A DNA stretch of 64,000 nucleotides from Eledone cirrhosa (lineage: Eukaryota), in NCBI GenBank assembly GCA_964016885.1, contig OZ024746.1, positions 75,392,001-75,456,000 on the forward strand. Direction: 5' to 3'. This document shows, piece after piece, positions 1 to 14,092 of the stretch. The stretch's first letter is position 1. Each line of letters begins with the position of its first letter. The translations under genes and the position numbers were made by a program. Under the pieces are notes generated by a model. That model did no database searches. It was given only the letters and a program-made list of their open reading frames with translations, and had not been told where the DNA came from.

Positions 1-59
1 GTTCCTCAATCGCTAGCAAACCATAAAAAAGACTGGCGTTGTCTGGAAACCACCCCAAA

Positions 60-760
60 CCGAAGCAGATAAGACGTGTCAAACATTGAACTATCAGTTC
101 ACCAGTTTCCATCTACCGCTATTAAGATAGAAGGGCGAATCTCAAATATGTCAAGTCAGTTACATACTTGGTCAGCAGGGTGAATTCAAACGCATCCCTT
201 GATGACGTTATTGTCCATCGAATCAGCAAAGCCTCAAGTGCATTTGGTAAACTCCATCATCATCTCTCGTATGAGAGAGGCATAACGTCGGAAACCAAAA
301 TTACAGGCTATTATGCATTTGTTCCTACCACTCTTTTTTATGGATCTGAGTCCTGGATTCCGTATGGCACACACATAAATCAACTGTATGTGTTACACGA
401 GGGTTACCTTCGTACAATTTGTGATTACACACTTGAAGATAAGATCTCAAATGCTCATCTTTTCACAAAGCGCAAAACTGGAGGCATCGTGACTTTCTTA
501 GTGCAATCCCAACTCCCATGGGGTGATCATGTCATCAGAATGAGCGACGATCAAATACCTAATGTCCTCATGTACAGTCAGCTTTACAGTTGTAAAAGAA
601 ATGTAGGAAGGCCATGGCTGGGGTATATGGACAAGCCGAAGAGTAATCTTGAAACCTTGGCATACCTTATAAAATATTTAAGCAGCTGGCCTCGCACCGA
701 AAGAAGTGGAGAACGAGTTTTTATAGTTCCATTATGTAGACCTCTCCAACAGCTGAGGGA
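60..760 (+). mobile_element. RTE-clade LINE 3' fragment (end of RT and C-terminal region), degenerate
   Basis: Translation TYLVSRVNSNASLDDVIVHRISKASSAFGKL...TLFYGSESW...QLPWGDHVIRMSDDQIPNVLMYSQL...[12 protein letters not shown] follows the RTE motifs YLGS, RI.KAS.AFG.L, LLYG.E.W, W.GHV.RM, GRP. It runs into (TA)n, so the rest of the 271-aa ORF is microsatellite. Confidence 0.9.
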
Positions 761-768
761 GGTATATA

Positions 769-839
<71 letters not shown>

Positions 840-912
840 TCAATTATATGTACATATATGTGTGTGTATACATATGCATATATATATATATACATATGTG
901 TGTATGTGTATG

Positions 913-963
<51 letters not shown>

Positions 964-1411
964 ATCTACTACATTACATTTGAATGCTTAGTTATTTGAA
1001 GTTTCACAGACTATACAGCTGAACGAATGGATAATTTACAACGCTACGCTTCGTATTATCATAATCCCGTAATATCACGTACCACCTTTTCATGGGATTC
1101 TGAAAAGGAATGTTAATGGCTCAATTTTATCATTTCTATTTCCTTAAAAACACTATTTAAAGGAAGCAGACCATCTTACGTATGTCACTAATTTCTCTGG
1201 TTTATCTAATGACATTGTATGAAATATTCTTTCGTTTATTTTCCACATCTGTATGAGCAGAGAAAGGCTATAAATCTGTAATGTTTTCATTTTCTAATTC
1301 TTTGTTATGTTACCGATAAAAACGCTTTGCAATATTTTGCTGCACAGATATTAATTATACAATTGAAGGGCTTTCGTTAAATCTAGATTTTTCTCTGAAT
1401 ACGTATAAGTA

Positions 1412-1454
<43 letters not shown>

Positions 1455-1533
1455 ATTATGATCCTGTTAAGGGTGAAAGCACCGATTCTTTGCTTAAACT
1501 TTAATCTGTTATTTTAATAAATATTTGCTTTTA

Positions 1534-1640
<107 letters not shown>

Positions 1641-1998
1641 TAGAATCATTATTATGATTTTAATAACCTCTTTCGTTCAACAAATTTATTTACATTATTC
1701 TTAACTCTGAAGCTGGGAATCATTCGGTTTCCTAAATAGAATATCTAAACTATAATAAAGTAAGAAGCGCGGGACTGCGGACGGTTTATAATTTTTTGTC
1801 CCCTTAGTAAAATAAGATGGATTACTTTGAATAAATAATGAATGAATATTACATAATTTATCTACTAAATTTCGTGGCTGTTCATTAAATATATTTATTA
1901 CTTATTTAAAGATTCACTTCTTTAAAATTTTCAAATGTTAACACTTCCGGTTAGCGATCGTTTAAATAAATATTCATATATTTCTGTCACTAATTTTT

Positions 1999-2255
1999 CT
2001 TGAGCAAGACACTTTATTTCCCGTTGCTCCAGTTTATTCAACCTTAGAAATGAGTTGCGACGTCACTGGTGCCAAGCTGTATCGGCCATTGCCTTTCCAT
2101 TGAACATCATCGATGGCATGGAAAGTGGAGACTGGTATGCATAGGCGACTACTGGTCTTCCACAAAACAAACCTTGCCCAAGCTTGTGCCTCGGAGGGAA
2201 ACTTTCTAGGTACAAAACCATGGTCATTCGTGACCGAGTAGGGCTCTCTCTTTTT
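1999..2255 (+). mobile_element. CORE-type SINE, 5'-truncated
   Basis: Starts with CTTGAGCAAGACACTTTATTTCCCGTTGCTCC, the same CORE-like block as the SINEs at 9.4-10.1 kb, but has a different 3' tail. Confidence 0.6.
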
Positions 2256-2751
2256 ATATATTCTGTATATAACGCTACCGATTTCAGAAATGCTTCCACC
2301 GCCCCTGAGATAAGGGCTATTTTTGATATGGCTTATAAAAACACCTAAATTAATAATTTCTCTTATAACTATAAAACAATAAAATTAACTTTGAGCTACA
2401 TGTTTATGGAAAAATTGGTTCCCAACAATAAACTCTAATAAATTTCCGTTTGAAAACTCCCTTTTTCAGAAATATATATATATTATGACCTCTGTAAAAG
2501 GAGCATGCCGAAATATTCGGTTCCTCTCAAGGATTAAATAGACCGGATTTTAGCGCCTATCTACTAGATCACCATTTTCCGACAGTTCTCTATGCCAACA
2601 ATTTATATTAAGCCGGAAAGAAGCTGGTAAGATGGCGATGCTTTTGTTTGCATACATATTCACGAACAGTATCCTTCACATCACTGTAACTGCAAATGTT
2701 AATGAATATTAAGGGCTGTTGGTATGAACCTAGGCATTCCTACCAAGTTTA

Positions 2752-2833
<82 letters not shown>

Positions 2834-2904
2834 ACATCTGTTTATGTATATTCATATATATATATATCCATATATATATACGTACTGTATATCTATAAAC
2901 ATAT

Positions 2905-3044
<140 letters not shown>

Positions 3045-3179
3045 TTGTGTATGTGTTTATCCTTTACATTCCTTCACCACAACATCCAGTGTTGATTTGA
3101 TTTCATTTATTTTTTCTAACGTTTGCCAGAAATATTTAGAGAGTAGATGAAAGGTTGTGACCCGTCAGGAATCCATATA

Positions 3180-3440
3180 GACTACATCACTACACCACTC
3201 CGCACCACCACATCACTACACCACTACACCACTACACCACTACACCAATTCATTCCACCCCACCACTCTACTACTACATCACTCTGCATCGAACCATATT
3301 ACACCAGTACACTAGTGCGCACCAATTCACAACCCTACACTACTACTACGTCACTCCATCACTACATTACTTCCCACTACACCTCTATATCACTGCACCA
3401 TTACATCACTACACCAATACACCGCTACACCACTTCGCAC
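3180..3440. repeat. Degenerate CACTACA-type low-complexity repeat
   Basis: Repeated cactacac/cactacat units. Confidence 0.8.
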
Positions 3441-3996
3441 CAATTATTGATACCCAAATTAACGAAGGGGAAACTTGCATGCTCGTTACTCTGCAGCCAC
3501 ATTAGCACATGTAGTTAGACATATACACAGTAGCGTATTTTGAGATAAAATAAAGATTGGATCTTCATGACCGGAACACTTTTGAACGTTGGTCTTCTTG
3601 ATCATGGCTGGCTGCCTAGGGCTAAAAGTAATATCAACAACAACATCATTCCATCCCATCAATGGGCCCTGAACTTATGATAGAGTCGTGGGGGTGCTAT
3701 CATGATATACAGCCTGATTTAGGCATTTAAACCTGGAGGATCCCTAACCTCTTCGGTCTGATTTCTTCCAAAGAGATGAAAGAGAGAGAGAGAGAGAGAG
3801 ACTGGATCGTTTTTTTTTTGTTTTTTTTTTTTGTATTTTTATTCATCGACCTCGAAAGGATGAAAGGCAAAGTTGTCGACCTCTGTGGGAATTGAACTCA
3901 TAGCGTAGAAATAATTTTTAATCCATTTTTTAGCATATTTCTAATGAAAAACACTGTCGACTATTATAATAAATTTGAAAATACAATCAAGAATTT

Positions 3997-4157
3997 AGGC
4001 GGCGAATTGACAAAGCCGTTAGAACGTCGGATAGAAGGCTTCAGCAGTGTTCATTTCGGCTGTCTGCTCTCTAAGTTCCAATCCCACCGAAGTCAACTTA
4101 GTCTTTCATCCATTTAAGGTCGATAAAAAGGTACCAGTCAAGTACTGGGATCGATTC
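3997..4157 (+). mobile_element. SINE family A, diverged copy
   Basis: Diverged match to GGCGGTGGATTGGCAG...GAGTTCAAATCCCGCCGAGGT...CTTTCATCC...GGTCGATAAAA...GTACCAGT. Confidence 0.7.
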
Positions 4158-4394
4158 TTCCTCTATATCTCTTTCTCACTTCCATTCTCTCCCTCTCTAT
4201 CCTTCTCTGGAAGAAATCTGCCATATTCAGACCTGGAGAGGAGATGGGCTCCACCAGGTTTTTTAAATGCCCCCAAAACGTCGTATTGACATACGGCACC
4301 CCTACGACTCCTTTAAGAGTTGCCGGTCCATACAGGCATCAAGAATTTGGAGAGATTTAGTAAAATAGCCTACTTTCTTATTATTAAGCTGGTG

Positions 4395-4610
4395 GGCAGT
4401 GGATTGGCAGTATTGGTAAAGCGTAGGGCACCATGTTTTGCAGCATATAGTTACGCCCCTTTACGTTCTGGGTTCAAATCTTACTAAGGTTAGCTTTGTC
4501 TTTCATCTTTACAAGTTCGATAAAATAAAGTACCAGTAACAAACTGGGGTCGATTTAATCGATTTGCCCTCCCTAAAAATTGTTGGCCTTATGTCTAAAC
4601 CAACAACCAT
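4395..4610 (+). mobile_element. SINE family A
   Basis: GGCAGTGGATTGGCAGTATTGGT head, GGTTCAAATC B-box-like motif, central CTTTCATC...CGATAAAATAAAGTACCAGT block. Confidence 0.8.
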
Positions 4611-4697
4611 CAAGCAGGTAATTGGTGCGTAACTTAAGAAAGTTCCTTACATAAATTTATGATGGAAGGATTTTAGATAAATATAAACATTTTGGTA

Positions 4698-4823
4698 TAG
4701 TAGTTGGGTGTCAAAAGTAGGTAGTTCGGTATCAAAGGTAGGTAGTTGGGTGTCAAAAGTAGGTAGTTGGGTATCAAAAGTAAGTTGTGGGGTATCAAAA
4801 GTTGGTAGCTGGGCATCAAAAGA
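4698..4823. repeat. 21-bp minisatellite, about 6 copies
   Basis: GTAGTTGGGTGTCAAAAGTAG and variants in tandem. Confidence 0.85.
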
Positions 4824-5089
4824 GTTAATTTAGCTGCTTGCCAATAAGTCCAGGTCTCCGTTGTTGGAGATCTTGACATAAGATCATGTACACTACACTG
4901 AATTCCTAAGATTAAAATATCAAATTCAAAAGTAATCAAAACTACAATGTAAACAACAAACAATTCTTACAATTATAACATCATTTATCTCTATCCATCT
5001 CTTTAAATGTGCCACATTTCTTAATGTTACGTTGATGGCGTCTAAATTTCAAAGTTTTCATTACTTAAACATAATATGTATTGGTGTTT

Positions 5090-5660
5090 GTATTTGTTGT
5101 ACTAACGCAGCTGTGGGAGTTGGACCGAGTCGGTTCCAACAACGAGTATTACGGTTGTTCAACCAACGGAACAATCTGTCGGTGAATTTAATGTGCATTT
5201 GGCTGAGCAATCCACAGACACGTGTACACTTAACGTAATTCTCAGGGAGATTCAGCATGGCTGTGTAACAAGGTTGACCCTTTGATGAAATGTTTCCAGC
5301 TGAATTGCCTGGAGCAACGTGAAGTAAAGTGTCCCGTTCGATGACATAATGCACCCCAGGAATGGAACACCCAACTTTATAGTCATGAGCCTTTTCATGA
5401 AATTAACGTGTAAGTGGCTGGGCATTCTACTGACACATTACATACTTAACGTAATTGTCAGTGAGATTCAACAAGACACAGTGAGTGACAAGACTGGCCT
5501 TTTGAACACAAGGTCCAACTCATTTTTTTCCAGCTGACTTGACAGGAGCAACATGAAATAAAGTGTCTTGTTCAAGAACACAACGTACTACCAGAAATCG
5601 AACTGATGACCTTACAATTGTGAGATGAACACTCTAACCACCTAGCCACGGACCTTCACC
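5090..5660 (-). mobile_element. CORE-type SINE fragments, two overlapping degenerate copies
   Basis: GGAGCAACATGAAATAAAGTGTCTTGTTCAAGAACACAAC (reverse CORE block) and AGAAATCGAACT...CTAACCACCTAGCCACG (reverse B/A boxes). A related tail occurs at 28310-28465. Confidence 0.65.
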
Positions 5661-5976
5661 AGACTGTACTATACTCTAGTAAACAAACTTTTCTCACAAT
5701 TATATTATGCATTTATCTTCATCCATCTATCTAAATATGTGACATTACTTCGCGTTACGACGATGGCGCCTAAACTTAAAAATTGCCGTTGCTTTAACAT
5801 AATATTTATGTGTGCTTATTGTACTAATGGAAGTAATTGTAGCAAGGCTGACAAATGCATGGATGACTGCCTTTTCTAATTAGTTGACGTCTGACTAAAT
5901 TGTGTCATGAATGTATTTCAAGCGTGTTCGCTGCTAACTGAACTTTGAAATAGGATTAGTCAACACTATTGCATCA

Positions 5977-6197
5977 GGGTGGTGGATTGGCAGTATCGGT
6001 AGAGAGTCAGACGCCATGCTTTGCAGCATAGAGTTACGGTCCTTTACAGTCTGAGTTCAAATCCCGCCGAGGTTAAATTTGCCTTTCATCCTTACGGGGG
6101 CCGTTAAAATAAAGTACCAGTAACGTACTGGGGAGTCGATTTAATCGACTTTCCCCTCCCCCAAATTTGCAGGCCTTGTGCCTATATAAGAAACTAT
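5977..6197 (+). mobile_element. SINE family A, full length
   Basis: Complete head-to-tail match to the family A pattern. Confidence 0.85.
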
Positions 6198-6214
6198 TGC
6201 ATCAGGTTATGTAT

Positions 6215-6285
<71 letters not shown>

Positions 6286-6584
6286 CATATATATTTAGAG
6301 AGAGAGAGAGAGAAAGAGAGAGAGATAGAGAGAGAGTGAGAGAGAAATTGACTGACACACACACACACACACTACAAATGGGTACACATATACATGTTAT
6401 AGAGTAGAGATGATAAATGGCCATAAAGTGAACAGTTTAATGTGTGTCTCTATTACTGTGACATTCAGAGTGACTTTAGAATTCATCATCAGCTCATACA
6501 ACAAATTACACAGTTTATATCACTTTATAAAGACATCGTGATATACCAGCTATTTCACTCTCATATAACAACTATCACTTTTTG

Positions 6585-6617
<33 letters not shown>

Positions 6618-6712
6618 CCCTTTCCTTGTCCCTCGCCCGCTTTCTCCCTCCCTCTCTCTGTCTCTCACACACACACACACGAACACACACAGACACACTC
6701 TCTCTCTCCCCA

Positions 6713-6771
<59 letters not shown>

Positions 6772-6826
6772 CGAACACACACACGAACACACACATACAC
6801 AGACACACGCTCTCTCTCTCCCTCTC

Positions 6827-6883
<57 letters not shown>

Positions 6884-7091
6884 ATATAATAACTATCCCA
6901 TTCTCTCACTCTCTATCTTGATAACTGCCTCTCTTTCACTCTTTTTTTCATAACAACTATTATCTCTCCCTCCCTCTCTCCCTCCCTCTCCCTCTCTCTC
7001 TTTCACTCCCTCTCTCCCTCCCTCTCTCTCTCTCTCTTTCACTCTCTCTCCATCTCTCTCTCACACTCTCTCTCTCTCTCTTACTATCCTA

Positions 7092-7436
7092 ATAATTGTT
7101 TCTACTATTGGCACAAGGCCAGCAATTAACCAGTACATTACTGGTACTTTATTTTATCGACCCCGTAAGGATGAAAGGCAAAGTTGACCTCGGCGGGATT
7201 TGAACTCAAATGATAATGTTGATGATTTCCGATTTAGGCACAAGACCAGCAATTTTGGGGTCGGGAAAGTCGATTAAATCGACCCCATTGCGTTACTGGT
7301 ACTTTGTTTATCGACCCTGAAAGGATGAAAGGCAAAGCTAACTTCCGCGGGATTTGAACTCAGACCGTAAAGGACCGTAACTCTATGCTGCAAAGCTTGG
7401 TGTCTGACTCTCTACCGATACTGCCAATCCACCGCC
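7092..7436 (-). mobile_element. Two SINE family A copies (a 3' half and a full-length copy)
   Basis: Reverse of the family A pattern twice: AATTGTTTCTAC...GGATGAAAGGCAAAG...GATTTGAACTCA...ACTGCCAATCCACCGCC. Confidence 0.85.
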
Positions 7437-7933
7437 ATCACTGTCCTAATAATAATAAAAACAATTTTTTCCTTGTTTTTCCGTGTTGACTTATCGCATA
7501 CATACATACAAGATGGCTGCAACTCGATTTAGAGTAATGCCATCGCTTGATACTTAAGCATGAGCATAACGGACGTGGCTTCCTAGTCTTGCTAGGGACC
7601 TACCTATGGTCAACAATGCATCGCAAAGAAATGCCAAGCGAAATATAGTAGTATCACGAAACATAATAGTATCATTGATGATGTCATAGATGTGTGATGA
7701 AAGAACTCTGAGTTAGTTTATATATATAATATATTTATATCCATATTTTGAACTGTTGGTCAATCAATGATAAACATTGATTGCCAGCTAAATTAACTAT
7801 AGGGATATAAAATATACGGAAGCGAAAACCAACCCAACCAAAACAGTGAGTGTATTTTATTATATATTTCTGGTAATATTATAACATGACCCTTCCCATA
7901 TATATATGTGTGTGTGTGTATGTGTGTGTGTGT

Positions 7934-7975
<42 letters not shown>

Positions 7976-8059
7976 GTGTGTGTGTGTGTGTGTTTTATAT
8001 ATTTCTGGCAATATTATAACATGATCCTTCCCATATATACATATATATATATATGTATA

Positions 8060-8122
<63 letters not shown>

Positions 8123-9173
8123 GTATGTGTCCTACTTCGTACTATTAACTGTAAGATAGGGAGGGCACAGTATAGATTAATTAAAGGTTAATTCTAGAGA
8201 ATCGGAAGGTGTCAATGTGTTTCTATCTTTATGTTTAAATCTATGTAGCTTCACACCAGCCTGGATGCACTAGCACATTGATATAAAAACGTCATCAAAT
8301 ATACCGCATTAATCTTTCTTTTTCTGTAAACACCTTCAAAACTCTCCTCATTTTACTATATTAACATAACACTCGTTTTATGGGCCGTCGTGACATCATT
8401 ATATGCTTTCCAGCATAGCAATGTAATCGGCCGTCTATATACACAGCTCTAGCAGTTATAGTTTATCATTGGATCCCTAGAACCTGTGGACCCCCGCGCA
8501 ACAGCCAAGTGTGCCAATTCCTTTAGATGGTACTAACCTCATCCCGTTTATTACCCTTTAATCATCAAGCTTGAAATTTGAACCCTAGTTTTATTTTCTA
8601 CAGTGAACTACTAGGGGTTGAATTCAGTAAGAAAATTATATTCCAAATTTAGTATTGATAATACCATAAATTTCGTTATTCCTAAAAATATCCGAACTAA
8701 TCCTACCAAACCCAACACATTCCTTAGACAACTACGGCCTCAGCTCATTGTCCATCCCATGTGAACTCAGAGATGAGGTCTTTAGTTTTAAATTCTATAT
8801 TTGGCTTCACCGATTGACGTCATCAACAAAGATAAGTAGTCTTCATATCTAGCTTATATTATTCCCTGAAAATTCCGATTTCCATTTTCCAAAATTAGCA
8901 TTCCTCGAACAGCTCACACGTACATGCATACACACACACACATACACATACACATACACATACGCATTGATGAACTAGCAAACACACACATTGACCAACA
9001 TATATTTAACGCCTCCTGATTTCGTCTTTTGTCCATCCCACATAAATTCTCAGATTAGAAATCTACTTTCTAAGTAAGCCACCCTCAATTATATTACCAA
9101 GAAATACATTATAAACATTACAAATATGATCTCAAATTGAAAACATGAACACTCTAGCATACTGACACATACC

Positions 9174-9208
<35 letters not shown>

Positions 9209-9451
9209 CACACATAAACACACCTACTCGAACACACACACACACAAGTTAGCATATAACAGATTTAACACATTTTAACCATATTTAAAAATCGAACTAT
9301 GTCAGTGACTATGTTACAAACAGTACAAGTTTTGACGCGAAGAAATAATTGCTAAATATATACTTAACTTAATAGTCTGTGTGTTTGAATGCCAAAAATG
9401 ACTCTCACGGCTTTGGATGAAGTCAAATATCAGCCTTATATATATCGACAG

Positions 9452-9879
9452 GCGATCAACTTTAGTCAAATCGGACCGAGGAAACAATGTTTTCGTTGGT
9501 CTTTCCAATTGCTAATACTCTCTAGAAGGAGCAGCGTGAAATAAAGTGTCTTGCTCAATGACATAACACATCGCTCGGTCCAGGAATCGAACTTACAACC
9601 TCACGATTGCGAATCCAATTCTCTTACCACTCAGCCACGCGCCTATATATATATGTGTGTGTGTATGTATGTGAAGGTACGTGGCTGAGTGGTAAGAGAA
9701 TTCGCAATCGTGAGGTTGTGAGTTCGATTCCTGGACCGAGCGATGCGTTATGTCATGTCCTTGAGCAAGACGCTTTATTTCACGTTGCTTCTTCTAGCTG
9801 AAGTTGCGACCGAATTAGCAATTGGAAATACCAACGGAAACATTGTTTCCTCGGTCCGATTTGACGAAAGTCGATCGAC

Positions 9880-9933
<54 letters not shown>

Positions 9934-10128
9934 TTAGAGAATTGGTATCGCAATCGTGAGGTTGTGAGTTCGATTCCTGGACCGGGTGATAAGTTATGTC
10001 CTTGAGCAAGACACTTTATTTCACGTTGCTCCTTCTACCTGGAGTTGCGACCGATAGATAGTATTAGCAATTGGAAAGACCAACGGAAACATTGTTTCCT
10101 CGGTCCGATTTGACGAAAGTCAATCGAT
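9452..10128. mobile_element. Three tRNA-derived CORE-type SINEs (family B): 9452-9644 minus, 9673-9882 plus, 9933-10128 plus
   Basis: A box TGGCTGAGTGG, B box GTTCGATTCC, CORE-like TCCTTGAGCAAGACACTTTATTTCACGTTGCTCC, and shared tail GGAAACATTGTTTCCTCGGTCCGATTTGACGAAAGTCGATCGA ending at (TA)n. Confidence 0.85.
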
Positions 10129-10143
10129 ATATATATATAAAGT

Positions 10144-10215
<72 letters not shown>

Positions 10216-10647
10216 ACTTTAATAATAATAACAGTGTTGATATTATTGGGTACAGATTTAACCAGAGGGTTTAAAGCTCAATACAGTAAGGTTCGTGAAG
10301 AGTTGATATATAAAGAATAGGAAACACCAAAGAGTCAATATGCTATCAAACTAACTCATGTTTCAACGATAGAGATTCATCCCGAGGATGGGAGATTATA
10401 AAAGCAGATATTTTGGTGCTTCTTATACGTTTATATAATTATTTATTTATTTGTATACACGCATACACACACACATATTTATATGTGCGTGGTTTTGTAT
10501 ACCCATGGTAAGGTTTTGCGTATGCTTGTGTATGTACGTATCGGTTTGCGTGTATGTATTTATTTGTTTCTATTACTTCTGTATTGTATTTATTTACTTT
10601 GTTCTTAACTCTGTAGCGGAGATCCATTTGGTCTCCGAGTTAGAATT

Positions 10648-10915
10648 TTAGTCTACGACTTCTGCTATACCATTTACGTGGTTTTGTCTTTGCGTGCTAT
10701 TGTTCTCCACGCTCCACATATGACTTATTATCTTCGTTTTTTCGTTCATTGCCAGAGAACGTCTCTATGCACCACCTAAGAGAACATTAGTCTACGACCT
10801 CTTTTATACCATAAACGTGGTTTTGTCTTTGCGCGTAATTGTTTTTCACCGCTCCTATTAATGACGTATTATTCGTTTTTTCCCGTTCTTTGCCAGCGAA
10901 CGTTTCCACGAACCA
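10648..10915. repeat. Diverged tandem duplication, unit about 140 bp
   Basis: TTAGTCTACGAC...TATACCAT..ACGTGGTTTTGTCTTTGCG...TTGCCAG.GAACGT occurs twice. Confidence 0.8.
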
Positions 10916-10957
10916 AAGTATCGTCTTCCTGTCTTCCTCCGGTTGCAACGTTTTTTG

Positions 10958-11072
10958 AAATATCCAGTTCTGCGTTTACAGATTGACTTTGTTAGTTTCA
11001 GAAGATCCCGTTAAGGGTGAAAGCAGCGATTCTTTGCTTAAACTTTAATCTGTTATTTTATAAATATTTGCT
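10958..11072 (+). mobile_element. Dispersed repeat, putative PLE pLTR fragment; other copies at 12967-13073 and 1458-1535
   Basis: Near-identical TATCCAGT.CTGCGTTTACAGAT.GACTTTGTTAGTTTCAGAAGATCCCGTTAAGGGTGAAAGCAGCGATTCTTTGCTTAAAC next to (TA)n. It contains an HHR-like CAGAAGA-T-CCC..GGG-T-GAAA. Confidence 0.6.
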
Positions 11073-11149
11073 CTACGGTTCTTATATATTTGATATATAT
11101 TTATCCTTATCGAGCCCTCTTTGGATTTTAGTCTTGAAATTTATTATTA

Positions 11150-11230
<81 letters not shown>

Positions 11231-11251
11231 ATATTTATATATATATACATA

Positions 11252-11394
<143 letters not shown>

Positions 11395-11652
11395 GATATC
11401 CACGGTAAGTTGTGGGGTCTAGAACTAAACATAATACTAATTTACTACTAATTTTGAATAAAATTATTATTGCTTTTGACAACAGCTGGTGATATGCATG
11501 TAAGTAAATATTCTCTTTATCTGATATTTTGTAACTAACCTTACATAGATCGATAACGAAGTATAGTTACAATGTATTATCATAACCTAGAAACGACCGT
11601 AAAGCAGTTAAGTATATTTCTAATGACTTGATATTTTATTTCATTGTTTTAA

Positions 11653-11721
<69 letters not shown>

Positions 11722-11728
<7 letters not shown>

Positions 11729-12004
11729 CAGACGAAAAATCAGTGATGCATCTAGACTCAGTTTATTGCGTGTTACAATTGTTTCGCCGGCAGATAGCTC
11801 TTTAGGCATGATCATTGTGTGGATCATTTTCTCACTGAGTGAGAAAATTTGCTCCGAAAGCATTGCATGTGTCCGAAGAATCTGCAACCGTAGAATCAGG
11901 CAGATCCACACAATGATCATGCTTAGAGCTATCTGCCGGCGAAACAATTGTAACACGCGATAAACTGAGTCTAGATGCATCGCTGATTTTTCGTCTGTTT
12001 ATAT
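11722..12004. repeat. Inverted repeat, arms about 103 bp (11722-11825 / 11903-12004)
   Basis: AAGCAGACGAAAAATCAG...ATTGTGTGGATC versus GATCCACACAAT...CTGATTTTTCGTCTGTTT. The spacer has an extra hairpin ATTTTCTCAC-TGA-GTGAGAAAAT. Confidence 0.9.
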
Positions 12005-12077
12005 TATTTACAGTCTGCTCTGTAAGAACATTGAGTGCTCAACTGGCATACCGCCTATGGAAGCACCATCTATCTAT

Positions 12078-12325
12078 CTAAAGCGGGTAAAATTCCCGAG
12101 ATCCATGGACGAGTTCTCTCCAGCGGTCTCTGTCCCTCATTATCGCTGCCATATCCTGCATCTCCAACAGACCAGTGTCTGTCCTTAGGGCATCAACATA
12201 TGTTAACCTTGGTCTTCCTCTTCTAGTGTGTCCATGTAGGGGCTCCCAAAGGAGCACTGAGTGCAATGTCAACTCTGGATGTCGGTGAGCATGTCCAGCC
12301 AACCTCAGTCTCCTCCTTGTCACAC
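12078..12325 (-). mobile_element. RTE-type LINE 3' end fragment
   Basis: RRRLRLAGHAHRHPEL...LLWEPLHGHTRRGRPRLTYVDAL; same family as 34330-34975; ends at a short TAGA tail. Confidence 0.85.
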
Positions 12326-13072
12326 AGAGGAGAAGCACCATAGCTACCATTAAACACACGTATATATATATATATATAATCTATTTTTAGAACCGTTGAA
12401 CAAATTTTGAATATTTAGTTAAATTAATACTCATATATATATATATATGACTGTGTCTATGTGTGTGTGTGTGTGTGTGTGTGTGCGTTTGCGTTTATAT
12501 ATGTATATGTAAATATGTGTATATATGTATATATAAATATACTTATTCCATATATATGTATATTATATATATATACACACATAAAACATATGTGACACAT
12601 ATGAACTGTATGAGCCTTTCTCTCTCTCTTTCTATGTCCCTCTCTTTCATAGTATATGTGTGAGTGTGTATATTTATGTATATATGCAGATGTGAGTTCA
12701 TGTATATTTTTAAAATACATTTCATTACCACATATGTCCGTTAGATGTCGCTCTGTTCACAGACTCGTAAAATTCTTGAGAATTACGTCCTTAAAATGAC
12801 TGATGCAAGGGCAATGGAATGTCAGTAGAAACAAGCATGTATATATATATATATATATATACACGTATGTATATATATATATATATACATACACACACAC
12901 ATATATACGTATGAGCGAGTATATGCACGCATATATTCATATATATATATATAAGTATATATATGAAATATCCAGTACTGCGTTTACAGATGGACTTTGT
13001 TAGTTTCAGAAGATCCCGTTAAGGGTGAAAGCAGCGATTCTTTGCTTAAACTTTAATCTGTTATTTTAATAA

Positions 13073-13134
<62 letters not shown>

Positions 13135-13345
13135 ATAAACAACTTTTTTACTTAAAGCATTGGAAGAATTTGAAATTTTGAAACTGTAATCACCCCTACG
13201 CAAATAACTAAAATAAGTCCACCATAAGTAATGTCCACCATCAAAATCGGGTAAAGTACACCTGGCAATTTTCCACGAAAGGTGTTTCATAAGTACTGAG
13301 AAGGCTGAGAAAGTCACTTCATATAATTTATCTTTTAACACACAG

Positions 13346-13389
<44 letters not shown>

Positions 13390-13394
13390 ATAAA

Positions 13395-13604
13395 TCGATC
13401 GACTTTCGTCAAATCTGAGGAAACAATGTTTCCGTTGGTATTTCCAATTGCTAATACTCTCTATCGATCTCAACTCCAGGTAGAAGGAGCACGTGAAATA
13501 AAGTGTCTTGTCCAAGGCCATAACGCATCGCCTGGTCCGAGAATCGAACTCATAACCTCACGATTGTGAATCCAATTCTCTAACCACTCGGCCACGTGCC
13601 TTCA
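13395..13604 (-). mobile_element. SINE family B
   Basis: Reverse complement of the 9673-9882 element. Confidence 0.85.
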
Positions 13605-14092
13605 CACACATATATATATATATATATGAAAGAATTATATTATATAATATTCTGTTCACTTCTGTTTATGAAGACACTGCAGATTTGTCTATTCATATCC
13701 ATGAAGACATTTTATAATCTGATAGCCTACAGACATCTGAAGTAAAGGATAATTAATATGTATTTAATTATATTTTCGACTTGCAGCAGTGAATGTTCAA
13801 TTGATGAAACATTCATGTTCATATACGCACACAAATACACACACACGCACATACACATATACATACGAACATACATACATACATACATACATACATACAT
13901 ACATACATACATACATACATACATACATACATACATACATACATACATACATGCATACATGATGGCTGCAAATTCTGCGAAGAGTATACATGCATACAGG
14001 CATACATACATACATACATACATACATACATACATACATACATACATACATACATACATACATACATACATACATACATACATACATACATA

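Noticed and set aside
9673-9745. tRNA-like sequence with A and B boxes
   Set aside because: It is the head of SINE family B, continues into a CORE-like block, and forms no proper cloverleaf.
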